DNA of 49,063 nucleotides from a virus (Duplodnaviria; Heunggongvirae; Uroviricota; Caudoviricetes): IMG/VR virus record IMGVR_UViG_2718217860_000001; one strand, 5' to 3'. Shown piece by piece: positions 40,733 to 49,063 of this stretch (position 1 is its first letter; each line of letters starts with the position of its first letter). The notes under the pieces were generated by a model. It saw only the letters and a program-made list of their open reading frames with translations, ran no database searches and was not told where the DNA came from. The position numbers and the translations under genes were made by a program.

Positions 40733-40756
40733 GGCGTCAGGAATGACGCCTTTTTT
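40733..40756 (+). terminator. rho-independent terminator after J
   Basis: ggcgtca-ggaa-tgacgcc followed by T6. Confidence 0.6.
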
Positions 40757-40780
40757 ATTGCAGAAAAGCGAGAGGTAATT

Positions 40781-41380
40781 ATGCGTAAAGTTTGTGCAGC
40801 AATTTTGTCCGCAGCCATTTGTCTGGCCGTATCCGGTGCGCCTGCATGGGCGTCTGAACATCAGTCCACGCTGAGCGCGGGGTATCTTCATGCCTCGACG
40901 AACGTCCCCGGCAGTGATGATCTGAACGGGATTAACGTGAAATACCGTTATGAGTTTACGGACACACTGGGGCTGGTGACGTCATTCAGCTATGCAGGAG
41001 ACAAGAATCGCCAGCTGACCCGTTACAGCGATACCCGCTGGCATGAAGATTCCGTTCGTAACCGCTGGTTCAGCGTAATGGCGGGGCCGTCTGTGCGCGT
41101 GAATGAATGGTTCAGCGCGTATGCGATGGCGGGTGTGGCTTACAGCCGTGTGTCGACTTTCTCCGGGGATTATCTCCGCGTAACTGACAACAAGGGGAAA
41201 AAGCACGATGTGCTGACCGGAAGTGATGACGGTCGCCACAGCAACACGTCTCTGGCGTGGGGGGCTGGCGTGCAGTTTAACCCGACCGAATCCGTGGCCA
41301 TTGATATTGCTTATGAAGGCTCCGGCAGTGGTGACTGGCGCACTGACGGTTTCATCGTTGGTGTCGGTTATAAATTCTGA
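40781..41380 (+). CDS. lom: Lom-like outer-membrane beta-barrel protein (Ail/Lom/PagC family)
   Basis: Signal peptide, alternating beta-strand pattern, C-terminal aromatic residue (…GVGYKF); located just after J as lambda lom; own RBS and flanking terminators. Confidence 0.8.
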   Translation: MRKVCAAILSAAICLAVSGAPAWASEHQSTLSAGYLHASTNVPGSDDLNGINVKYRYEFTDTLGLVTSFSYAGDKNRQLTRYSDTRWHEDSVRNRWFSVMAGPSVRVNEWFSAYAMAGVAYSRVSTFSGDYLRVTDNKGKKHDVLTGSDDGRHSNTSLAWGAGVQFNPTESVAIDIAYEGSGSGDWRTDGFIVGVGYKF

Positions 41381-41406
41381 TTAGCCAGGTAACACAGTGT
41401 TATGAC

Positions 41407-41433
41407 AGCCCGCCGGTTCAGGCGGGCTTTTTT
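41407..41433 (+). terminator. rho-independent terminator after lom
   Basis: agcccgcc-ggttca-ggcgggct followed by T6. Confidence 0.6.
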
Positions 41434-41444
41434 GTGGGGGGAAT

Positions 41445-44400
41445 ATGGCAGTACGGATTTCAGGTGTACTGAAAGATGGCGCAGGTAAGCCGATACAAAA
41501 CTGCACCATTCAGCTAAAGGCCAGGCGCAACAGCACCACGGTGGTGGTGAACACAGTGGCCTCAGAAAACCCGGATGAAGCCGGGCGTTACACAATGGAC
41601 GTCGAGTATGGTCAGTACAGCGTCAGTCTGTTGGTGGAGGGATTCCCGCCGTCACACGCCGGGATTATCACCGTATATGAGGACTCAAAGCCGGGCACAC
41701 TGAATGATTTCCTCGGTGCAATGACGGAGGATGATGTCCGGCCAGAGGCACTGCGCCGTTTTGAACTGATGGTGGAAGAGGTGGCGCGTAACGCGTCCGC
41801 AGTGGCACAGAACACGGCAGCCGCGAAGAAGTCAGCCGGCGATGCCGGCACATCTGCCCGTGAGGCGGCAACCCATGCGACTGATGCTGCAGGCTCAGCA
41901 CGCGCAGCCAGCACGTCAGCCGGACAGGCCGCTTCGTCGGCTCAGTCAGCGTCTTCCAGCGCAGGAACGGCATCAGCAAAGGCCACTGAAGCATCAAAAA
42001 GTGCTGCCGCTGCAGAGTCCTCAAAAAGCGCGGCGGCCACCAGTGCCGCTGCGGCAAAAACGTCAGAAACGAATGCGGCAGCGTCACAACAATCAGCAGC
42101 CACTTCAGCATCCACCGCGACCACGAAAGCGTCAGAAGCTGCCACCTCAGCCCGGGATGCGTCGGCTTCAAAAGAGGCAGCGAAATCATCAGAAACGAAC
42201 GCATCATCAAGCGCCAGTAGTGCCGCTTCCTCGGCAACGGCGGCAGGCAATTCCGCGAAGGCGGCAAAGACGTCTGAGACAAACGCCAGGTCTTCTGAAA
42301 CGGCAGCGGGACAGAGCGCCTCGGCTGCGGCAGGCTCAAAAACAGCGGCTGCGTCGTCTGCCAGTGCCGCGTCAACAAGTGCCGGGCAGGCCTCAGCCAG
42401 TGCCACCGCCGCCGGAAAATCGGCAGAAAGTGCTGCATCGTCCGCTTCAACAGCCACAACGAAGGCTGGCGAAGCCGCTGTACAGGCCAGCGCAGCAGCG
42501 AGGTCTGCTTCCGCAGCGAAGACATCCGAAACGAATGCGAAAGCGTCGGAAACCCGTGCAGAATCCTCAAAAACGGCAGCCGCATCGTCCGCCAGTTCGG
42601 CAGCGTCATCGGCATCATCTGCGTCTGCTTCAAAAGATGAGGCGACCAGACAGGCGTCAGCGGCGGCAGAGAGTGCGTCAACGGCATCCACGAAGGCGAC
42701 AGAGACGGCAGGAAGTGCGACGGAGGCAGCTCAGAGCAAAAATGCGGCTGAATCCGCGGCAACGCGCGCCGAGACAGCTGCAAAACGGGCAGAGGATATT
42801 GCATCCGCCGTGGCGCTTGAGGATGCGAGCACGACGAAAAAGGGGATAGTACAGCTCAGCAGTGAGACCAGCAGCGAATCTGAGACGCTTGCAGCAACAC
42901 CGAAAGCGGTCAAGTCTGCATACGACAACGCTGAAACACGCCTTCGGAAAGACCAGAACGGCGCAGATATACCTGATAAAGATAGGTTCCTGAGCAACAT
43001 TAACGTCTACAGCAAAGGTGAAGTTGATCAAAAAAGGGGGATGCGTAAGTATTCCTTTTCTGCCCCAGCGAATGTTGTTGACGGGAAATGGTATCCGATT
43101 GTATTGCGCCGTTCAGCCGGATATAACGATGAACTTGCCAGCCGGGTGGTCATATCAACAAGACAGAATGCTGGTAATGATCCCATGAATAACTGCGAAT
43201 TTAATGGCATCGTTACAAGTGGTGGTTGGTCGGACAGAGGATCATATGCTGCGGGTTATTTCTGGGCATATCAGTCTGAGGAACGGTCTATTCACTCAAT
43301 TATCGCAAGCACTAAAGATGATGATGTTTGCAGTGTATTTTATGTTGAGGCCAGAGCTTTTCCGATTAAAGTATTTGCTGAGGAAGGGTTAAGTGTCATT
43401 GTACCGACAACTGATTATACAGCAGGTCAAACTACATATAAGTGGGGTGTAACAGAACCTGCTACTGAATGTATAAATGCCCGTACTGTAATTGATTTTA
43501 ACCAGGGGCGTGGTTATTACTGCTCGCATCAGTTTATTGGTGCCTTGCCTCTGTCTGGGGGGCAAATGTCCGGTGCATTGACTTTAGCAAATATGGCGCA
43601 ACCATTAAGAACTCCAGGTGGTGGCATATTTGCCAATGATGGCAACTTGTATATCAATAAACCGGGTTTCGCTGGATGGATTGATGCGCTCTTTTTGAAA
43701 TTAACAGGAGGCACAATAACCGGGTCGCTTACCGTTAATGGTGGCATTAAGGGTAATGCTTCAACGGCTACGAAGCTTCAAACGCCAATAAATATTAATG
43801 GTGTTAAGTTTGATGGCTCAGGTGACATCAACATTAATACCTTAGTGTCCAGAGGTATGGTGGCCGCATTAAGTGGCAATACACAAGGCACCCCAGGCGT
43901 TCAGATGTATGAAGCGTATAAAAATGGCTACCCCACGACTTACGGCAATGTGCTTCATATGAAAGGTGCGAATGCTGCTGGAGAGGGTGAATTGCTTATC
44001 GGCTGGAGTGGTACAAGCGGTGCCCATGCTCCGGCATTTATTCGTTCACGACGGGATGCTACCGACGCAAACTGGTCGCTATGGGATCAGCTTTACACAA
44101 CGGCTTATCCTCCTGCAGAGCTTTATCCGGCAGGGGCACCGATACCGTGGCCATCAGACACAATTCCATCTGGTTATGCTCTGATGCAGGGGCAGACTTT
44201 TGATAAATCAGCATATCCGAAACTTGCAACCGCTTACCCATCTGGTGTGATCCCTGATCTGCGTGGATGGACAATTAAGGGTAAACCCGCCAGTGGTCGC
44301 GCTGTATTGTCTCAGGAACAGGATGGTATTAAATCGCATACCCACAGTGCCAGTGCATCCAGTACGGATTTGGGGACGAAAACAACCAGTTCGTTTGATT

Positions 44401-44819
44401 ATGGTACTAAGTCCACGAATAACACCGGGGCGCATACACATAGTATTAGCGGGACAGCAAATAGTGCAGGTGGGCACCAACACCAGAGTTCTGGACCATA
44501 TGCGAATTCTAATAGAACTGCACTCTTTCCTAACGGTTATACCCAGGTTTCAGTCACAAACGCACCAGTTGTACCACAGGAATCTGGCTCAGGTACGAGC
44601 CGTATATCAGGGAAGACATCATCAGATGGAGCACATACCCACTCATTGTCTGGTACTGCCGCATCTGCAGGGGCACACGCACATACTGTCGGTATTGGTG
44701 CCCATGCACACACTGTGGCGCTGGGTGCACATGGACACACCATCACCGTTAACGCTGCTGGTAACGCGGAAAACACCGTCAAAAACATCGCATTTAACTA
44801 CATTGTGAGGCTTGCATAA
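41445..44819 (+). CDS. side tail fiber protein (Stf-like)
   Basis: 1124 aa; ~330-aa Ala/Ser/Thr-rich low-complexity repeat region; C-terminal His-rich GxHxH repeats ([38 protein letters not shown]) typical of lambdoid side tail fibers. Confidence 0.85.
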   Translation: MAVRISGVLKDGAGKPIQNCTIQLKARRNSTTVVVNTVASENPDEAGRYTMDVEYGQYSVSLLVEGFPPSHAGIITVYEDSKPGTLNDFLGAMTEDDVRPEALRRFELMVEEVARNASAVAQNTAAAKKSAGDAGTSAREAATHATDAAGSARAASTSAGQAASSAQSASSSAGTASAKATEASKSAAAAESSKSAAATSAAAAKTSETNAAASQQSAATSASTATTKASEAATSARDASASKEAAKSSETNASSSASSAASSATAAGNSAKAAKTSETNARSSETAAGQSASAAAGSKTAAASSASAASTSAGQASASATAAGKSAESAASSASTATTKAGEAAVQASAAARSASAAKTSETNAKASETRAESSKTAAASSASSAASSASSASASKDEATRQASAAAESASTASTKATETAGSATEAAQSKNAAESAATRAETAAKRAEDIASAVALEDASTTKKGIVQLSSETSSESETLAATPKAVKSAYDNAETRLRKDQNGADIPDKDRFLSNINVYSKGEVDQKRGMRKYSFSAPANVVDGKWYPIVLRRSAGYNDELASRVVISTRQNAGNDPMNNCEFNGIVTSGGWSDRGSYAAGYFWAYQSEERSIHSIIASTKDDDVCSVFYVEARAFPIKVFAEEGLSVIVPTTDYTAGQTTYKWGVTEPATECINARTVIDFNQGRGYYCSHQFIGALPLSGGQMSGALTLANMAQPLRTPGGGIFANDGNLYINKPGFAGWIDALFLKLTGGTITGSLTVNGGIKGNASTATKLQTPININGVKFDGSGDININTLVSRGMVAALSGNTQGTPGVQMYEAYKNGYPTTYGNVLHMKGANAAGEGELLIGWSGTSGAHAPAFIRSRRDATDANWSLWDQLYTTAYPPAELYPAGAPIPWPSDTIPSGYALMQGQTFDKSAYPKLATAYPSGVIPDLRGWTIKGKPASGRAVLSQEQDGIKSHTHSASASSTDLGTKTTSSFDYGTKSTNNTGAHTHSISGTANSAGGHQHQSSGPYANSNRTALFPNGYTQVSVTNAPVVPQESGSGTSRISGKTSSDGAHTHSLSGTAASAGAHAHTVGIGAHAHTVALGAHGHTITVNAAGNAENTVKNIAFNYIVRLA

Positions 44820-45403
44820 TGGCATTCAGAATGAGTGAACAACCACGGACCATAAAAATTTATAATCTGCTGGCCGGAACTAATGAATTTATTGGTGACG
44901 GTGACGCATATATTCCACCTCATACAGGTCTGCCTGCAAACAGTACCTATATTGCACCGCCAGATATTCCGGTTGGTTTCGTGGCTGTTTTCAACAGTGA
45001 TGAGTCATCGTGGCATCTCGTTGAAGATCATCGGGGTAAAACGGTTTATGACGTGGCTTCCGGCGACGCGTTATTTATTTCTGAACTCGGCTCATTACCG
45101 GAAAATGTCACCTGGTTATCCCCGGAAGGGGAGTTTCAGAAGTGGAACGGCACATCCTGGGTGAAAGATGAAGAAGCAGAAAAACTGTTTCGGATACGGG
45201 AAGCGGAAGAAACAAAAAACAGCCTGATGCAGGTAGCCAGTGAGCATATCGCGCCACTTCAGGATGCTGCAGATCTGGAAATCGCAACGGAGGAAGAAAC
45301 CTCGTTGCTGGAAGTCTGGAAGAAGTATCGGGTGTTGCTGAACCGTGTTGATACATCAACTGCACCTGATATTGAGTGGCCTGCTGTCCCTGTTATGGAG
45401 TAA
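44819..45403 (+). CDS. tail fiber assembly chaperone (Tfa-like)
   Basis: 194 aa; start overlaps the stf stop; conserved N-terminal region ([13 protein letters not shown]) and position. Confidence 0.8.
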   Translation: MAFRMSEQPRTIKIYNLLAGTNEFIGDGDAYIPPHTGLPANSTYIAPPDIPVGFVAVFNSDESSWHLVEDHRGKTVYDVASGDALFISELGSLPENVTWLSPEGEFQKWNGTSWVKDEEAEKLFRIREAEETKNSLMQVASEHIAPLQDAADLEIATEEETSLLEVWKKYRVLLNRVDTSTAPDIEWPAVPVME

Positions 45404-45416
45404 TCGTTTTGTGATA

Positions 45417-45453
45417 TGCCGCAGAAACGTTGTATGAAATAACGTTCTGCGGT
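45417..45453 (+). terminator. long hairpin after tfa
   Basis: ccgcagaaacgtt-gtatgaaat-aacgttctgcgg, 12-bp stem with one bulge, followed by a T-rich stretch. Confidence 0.45.
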
Positions 45454-45531
45454 TAGTTATTATATTGTAAAACTGAGTATTGGTTTATTTGGCGATTATT
45501 ATCTTCAGGAGAATAATGGAAGTTCTATGAC

Positions 45532-46791
45532 TCAATTGTTCATAGTGTTTACATCACCGCCAATTGCTTTTAAGACTGAACGCATGAAATATGGTTTTTC
45601 GTCATGTTTTGAGTCTGCTGTTAATATTTCTAAAGTCGGTTTTTTTTCTTCATTTTCTCTAACTATTTTCCATGAAATACATTTTTGATTATTATTTGAA
45701 TCAATTCCAATTACCTGAAGTCTTTCATCTATAATTGGCATTGTATGTATTGGTTTATTGGAGTTGATGCTTGCTTTTCTGAGCCATAGCTCTGATATCC
45801 AAATGAAGCCATAGGCATTTGTTATTTTGGCTCTGTCAGCTGCATAACGCCAAAAAATATATTTATCTGCTTGATCTTCAAATGTTGTATTGATTAAATC
45901 AATTGGATGGAATTGTTTATCATAAAAAATTAATGTTTGAATGTGATAACCGTCCTTTAAAAAAATCGTTTCTGCAAGCTTGGCTGTATAGTCAACTAAC
46001 TCTTCTGTCGAAGTGATATTTTTAGGCTTATCTACCAGTTTTAGACGCTCTTTAATATCTTCAGGAATTATTTTATTATCATATTGTATCATGCTAAATG
46101 ACAATTTGCTTATGGAGTAATCTTTTAATTTTAAATAAGTTATTCTCCTGGCTTCATCAAATAAAGAGTTGAATGATGTTGGCGAAATCACATCGTCACC
46201 CATTGGATTGTTTATTTGTATGCCAAGAGAGTTACAGCAGTTATACATTCTGCCATAGATTATAGCTAAGGCATGTAATAATTCGTAATCTTTTAGCGTA
46301 TTAGCGACCCATCGTCTTTCTGATTTAATAATAGATGATTCAGTTAAATATGAAGGTAATTTCTTTTGTGCAAGTCTGACTAACTTTTTTATACCAATGT
46401 TTAACATACTTTCATTTGTAATAAACTCAATGTCATTTTCTTCAATGTAAGATGAAATAAGAGTAGCCTTTGCCTCGCTATACATTTCTAAATCGCCTTG
46501 TTTTTCTATCGTATTGCGAGAATTTTTAGCCCAAGCCATTAATGGATCATTTTTCCATTTTTCAATAACATTATTGTTATACCAAATGTCATATCCTATA
46601 ATCTGGTTTTTGTTTTTTTGAATAATAAATGTTACTGTTCTTGCGGTTTGGAGGAATTGATTCAAATTCAAGCGGAATAATTCAGGGTCAAAATATGTAT
46701 CAATGCAGCATTTGAGCAAGTGCGATAAATCTTTAAGTCTTCTTTCCCATGGTTTTTTAGTCATAAAACTCTCCATTTTGATAGGTTGCAT
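45532..46791 (-). CDS. hypothetical protein, 419 aa, low-GC accessory gene (function unknown)
   Basis: Long uninterrupted minus-strand ORF in a markedly AT-rich segment between tfa and the att side; Lys/Asn/Ile-rich; no nucleotide-binding or nuclease motif recognised by eye. Confidence 0.55.
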   Translation of the reverse strand: MQPIKMESFMTKKPWERRLKDLSHLLKCCIDTYFDPELFRLNLNQFLQTARTVTFIIQKNKNQIIGYDIWYNNNVIEKWKNDPLMAWAKNSRNTIEKQGDLEMYSEAKATLISSYIEENDIEFITNESMLNIGIKKLVRLAQKKLPSYLTESSIIKSERRWVANTLKDYELLHALAIIYGRMYNCCNSLGIQINNPMGDDVISPTSFNSLFDEARRITYLKLKDYSISKLSFSMIQYDNKIIPEDIKERLKLVDKPKNITSTEELVDYTAKLAETIFLKDGYHIQTLIFYDKQFHPIDLINTTFEDQADKYIFWRYAADRAKITNAYGFIWISELWLRKASINSNKPIHTMPIIDERLQVIGIDSNNNQKCISWKIVRENEEKKPTLEILTADSKHDEKPYFMRSVLKAIGGDVNTMNN

Positions 46792-47109
46792 GCTAGATGC
46801 TGATATATTTTAGAGGTGATAAAATTAACTGCTTAACTGTCAATGTAATACAAGTTGTTTAATCTTTGCAATGATTCTTATCAGAAACCATATAGTAAAT
46901 TAGTTACACAGGAAATTTTTAATATTATTATTATCATTCATTATGTATTAAAATTAGAGTTGTGGCTTGGCTCTGCTAATACGTTGCTCATAGGAGATAT
47001 GGTAGAGCCGCAGACACGTCGTATGCAGGAACGTGCTGCGGCTGGCTGGTGAACTTTCGATAGTGCGAGTATTGAATGATTTCCAGCCGTTACAGATTTT
47101 ACGTGCTAA

Positions 47110-47316
47110 TTAGTGAACAAACCACTCGTCAGCAGACTCCCAGGTATCTTTCAAAGTTTCCTGAACAAAAGTTTTAGCTGAATCTTTATCGGCAGTGCGC
47201 GTAACAGAAAGGCCATCGTTGCTGGTGGTTTTTACGATCATCTCCACATCGTCATAACGCTTGCCAATGTGTTGGGTTAATTCTTCCTTTAACGCGTCCA
47301 CAGCGCCGTTTGGCAT
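47110..47316 (-). CDS. dinI: DinI-family protein
   Basis: 68 aa; C-terminal [17 protein letters not shown] matches the DinI signature (…LQETWESADDWFV…), N-terminal [10 protein letters not shown] matches DinI GAIDALAGEL; preceded by a LexA box. Confidence 0.8.
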   Translation of the reverse strand: MPNGAVDALKEELTQHIGKRYDDVEMIVKTTSNDGLSVTRTADKDSAKTFVQETLKDTWESADEWFVH

Positions 47317-47370
47317 TTGGTCATTTTGTCTTTGGCTATGGAGATCTCAATACGCATAACACTTCTTTTG

Positions 47371-47390
47371 TACTGCGTTTGTAGACAGTA
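47371..47390. promoter_or_regulatory. LexA (SOS) box upstream of dinI
   Basis: TACTGcgtttgtagaCAGTA: CTG-N10-CAG with TACTG/CAGTA ends, 55 bp upstream of the dinI start. Confidence 0.65.
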
Positions 47391-47599
47391 TTATTCTTAT
47401 CTGTGTAAATAAACAGTATCTAGTCTTCGTTTTAGCTGCATAAGAAAAAAGAGATGGATACATTCAGAAAGATTTTGATGGTGGTAGGCTAAGTGAATAG
47501 CCTAAAGGTGTTTTACCCCAATTATTCCCCGGTATTTCTCCGCATAAAAAACAATCATAAAAAAGCCAGCCATAATAGGCTGGTTCTTAAGGGATTTTT

Positions 47600-47643
47600 G
47601 GCACGAGAGGATTTGAACCTCCGCCCCCCGACACCCCATGACG
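47600..47643 (-). other. partial tRNA-Pro gene (3' ~44 nt only); probable att-site remnant
   Basis: Minus strand reads CGTCATGGGGTGTCGGGGGGCGGAGGTTCAAATCCTCTCGTGCC, matching the anticodon-loop-to-acceptor 3' portion of E. coli tRNA-Pro(GGG) as I recall it, with one mismatch; 5' half and CCA end are absent. Confidence 0.6.
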
Positions 47644-47650
47644 ATTGGCG

Positions 47651-48484
47651 TTAGTAGAATAAGCCGAATAGTTTGGTGTAGAAACCTATCCCAGTTCCGG
47701 CAATTCCAATCAAACTATAAAGTGGATGGGTCTTAACTAAATCAATTAATACGACGGGCTTAATGCCATAAAGATCCCAAAAAGTTGCATCTGTCTTCAA
47801 CGTCTTATCATGGGTCCGATCGATGATATTGGCGAAAATGTCAACTTTTCGGAGGGTTGAACGATGGAGCTCCAAATAATTACCGTTTTTGAATGCATCG
47901 GCTTCTTCGGCTCCTTGCAAGGCATCTAAATCTGCAATACCGTTCATTTCAGTCAGGCTCATTAACCGACCTTTCCTACCTTTTGCTGACGTATGGGGAG
48001 CATAGGAACGACCGTAAAGAGCAACTAAGACGCGAGCAAGATCTATCTTCCTCTCATCCTGCAGAATGTATGGCTCACCGCCTAAAACACGAAACCTATG
48101 CTCAATTGCTTGGAAGCCATATGCTTCGTCTCTCATATTCCAGTGTATATACGTGAAGTTCGCATGGTTTCGTAAAAACTGGAAGTAATCGGCGAGCATA
48201 TGATGCTCCAACTCATCAAGATGATCATTTATATCATCCAGCTTATGCTGTAATTCGGCTGATTTATGAATGGACCAGGAATGCGTTTGGGCTGAGGCCA
48301 GATTTCTGACAGCTATGGACGTCACTCGACGCGATTGTCCAGAATCGTTTTCATAGAAGGATTCACAGGAGTAATGGATAAGATAAGATTGCTCTGCGTT
48401 GGCAAAGGCCTTTTCTAGGGCTTTTCTGTTTTCCTTTCTGTTCGCAATGCGAACTAATTCGGATGAAGACATTGGCCACTCCAA
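47651..48484 (-). CDS. hypothetical protein, 277 aa, hydrophobic C-terminal tail (function unknown)
   Basis: Uninterrupted ORF between the tRNA-Pro fragment and ssrA; C-terminus LYSLIGIAGTGIGFYTKLFGLFY looks like a transmembrane or amphipathic segment; no catalytic motif recognised. Confidence 0.5.
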   Translation of the reverse strand: MEWPMSSSELVRIANRKENRKALEKAFANAEQSYLIHYSCESFYENDSGQSRRVTSIAVRNLASAQTHSWSIHKSAELQHKLDDINDHLDELEHHMLADYFQFLRNHANFTYIHWNMRDEAYGFQAIEHRFRVLGGEPYILQDERKIDLARVLVALYGRSYAPHTSAKGRKGRLMSLTEMNGIADLDALQGAEEADAFKNGNYLELHRSTLRKVDIFANIIDRTHDKTLKTDATFWDLYGIKPVVLIDLVKTHPLYSLIGIAGTGIGFYTKLFGLFY

Positions 48485-48507
48485 TGGTTAAAACACTACC
48501 CTAAATA

Positions 48508-48537
48508 CAAAAAAGCCCGCATAAGCGGGCTTTTTTG
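48508..48537. terminator. bidirectional rho-independent terminator downstream of ssrA
   Basis: gcccgc-ataa-gcgggc flanked by an A-run upstream and a T-run downstream; ~125 bp beyond the ssrA 3' end on the minus strand. Confidence 0.6.
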
Positions 48538-48661
48538 TCACTCTGGAGCCGCGGCTCCTTTGCGTATCCTTTTTTGTCTCCTCACCGTCTGGTCGGTGTC
48601 CTGCTGAGACTGCTAACTTGCTGTTTTTGTTGGTGTTGTCCTTACACCGTCCAATCATGAT

Positions 48662-49024
48662 TGGTGGAGCTGGCGGGAGTTGAACCCGCGTCCGAAATTC
48701 CTACATCCTCGGTACTACATGCTTAGTCAGTCTTTACATTCGCTTGCCAACTGCGGACGGACACGCCACTAACAAACTAGCCTGATTAAGTTTTAACGCT
48801 TCAACCCCAGGCAGGGCTTCCACGCGATCTCTTTTGGGTTTGACCTCTCTTGATCCCCGTCCTAAGAGCGGAGGCTAGGGAGAGAGGGCTCTAAGCAGGT
48901 TATTAAGCTGCTAAAGCGTAGTTTTCGTCGTTTGCGACTATTTTTTGCGGCTTTTTACGAGGCCAACCGCCCCTCGGCATGCACCTTGGGTTTCGCAAAT
49001 CCCGTCGAATCCAGAATCAGCCCC
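48662..49024 (-). ncRNA. ssrA: tmRNA (SsrA), complete 363 nt
   Basis: Reverse complement runs from GGGGCTGATTCTGGATTCGACGGGATTTGCGAAACCC... to ...GGTTCAACTCCCGCCAGCTCCACCA; includes the tag-coding region and tRNA-like 3' end. Confidence 0.95.
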
Positions 49025-49063
49025 AATGTGTAAAGGTAAGTATACCAGATTTATGAGCGCCAT

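Noticed and set aside
41668-42849. Several long ORFs in alternative frames and on the opposite strand (41842..42849 +, 41668..42804 -, 41942..42691 -)
   Set aside because: They lie within the Ala/Ser/Thr-rich repetitive segment of the side tail fiber gene; GC-rich repeats keep all frames open, and the translations are low-complexity artefacts.
47600-47643. Possible complete tRNA-Pro gene
   Set aside because: Only the 3' ~44 nt (anticodon loop to acceptor stem) match; the 5' half and CCA end are missing, so it is reported as a partial att remnant, not a functional tRNA.

Overview
The window is dominated by a ~47-kb lambdoid (lambda/HK97-like) prophage inserted at the 3' end of the tmRNA gene ssrA (48662..49024, minus strand). 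It is bounded by a 33-bp direct repeat of the ssrA 3' end (1396..1428 vs 48662..48694). Left of that repeat lies a P4-type integrase (1..1230), so a second ssrA-targeting island probably sits in tandem and continues beyond the window. Prophage layout, left to right: an int-proximal cargo islet (Dam-family methyltransferase plus an ABC ATPase/Toprim-like gene split by an intact IS5), int/xis, a YfdP/Q/R/S-like early-left block, CI/Cro switch, replication and Nin-like region (second methyltransferase, RusA, KilA-N, Q-like antiterminator), a late-promoter region with two morons (lipoprotein, third methyltransferase), pinholin/SAR-endolysin/Rz/Rz1 lysis cassette, cos/terminase, lambda-like head and tail genes, Lom, Stf/Tfa, and a low-GC accessory region (419-aa unknown protein, SOS-box-preceded dinI, partial tRNA-Pro, 277-aa unknown protein). 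All functional calls rest on motif and memory-based protein recognition; no database search was run. The strongest candidates for an undescribed system are the ATPase/Toprim + methyltransferase pair next to int and the unknown genes between tfa and ssrA. No CRISPR array or rRNA was seen.
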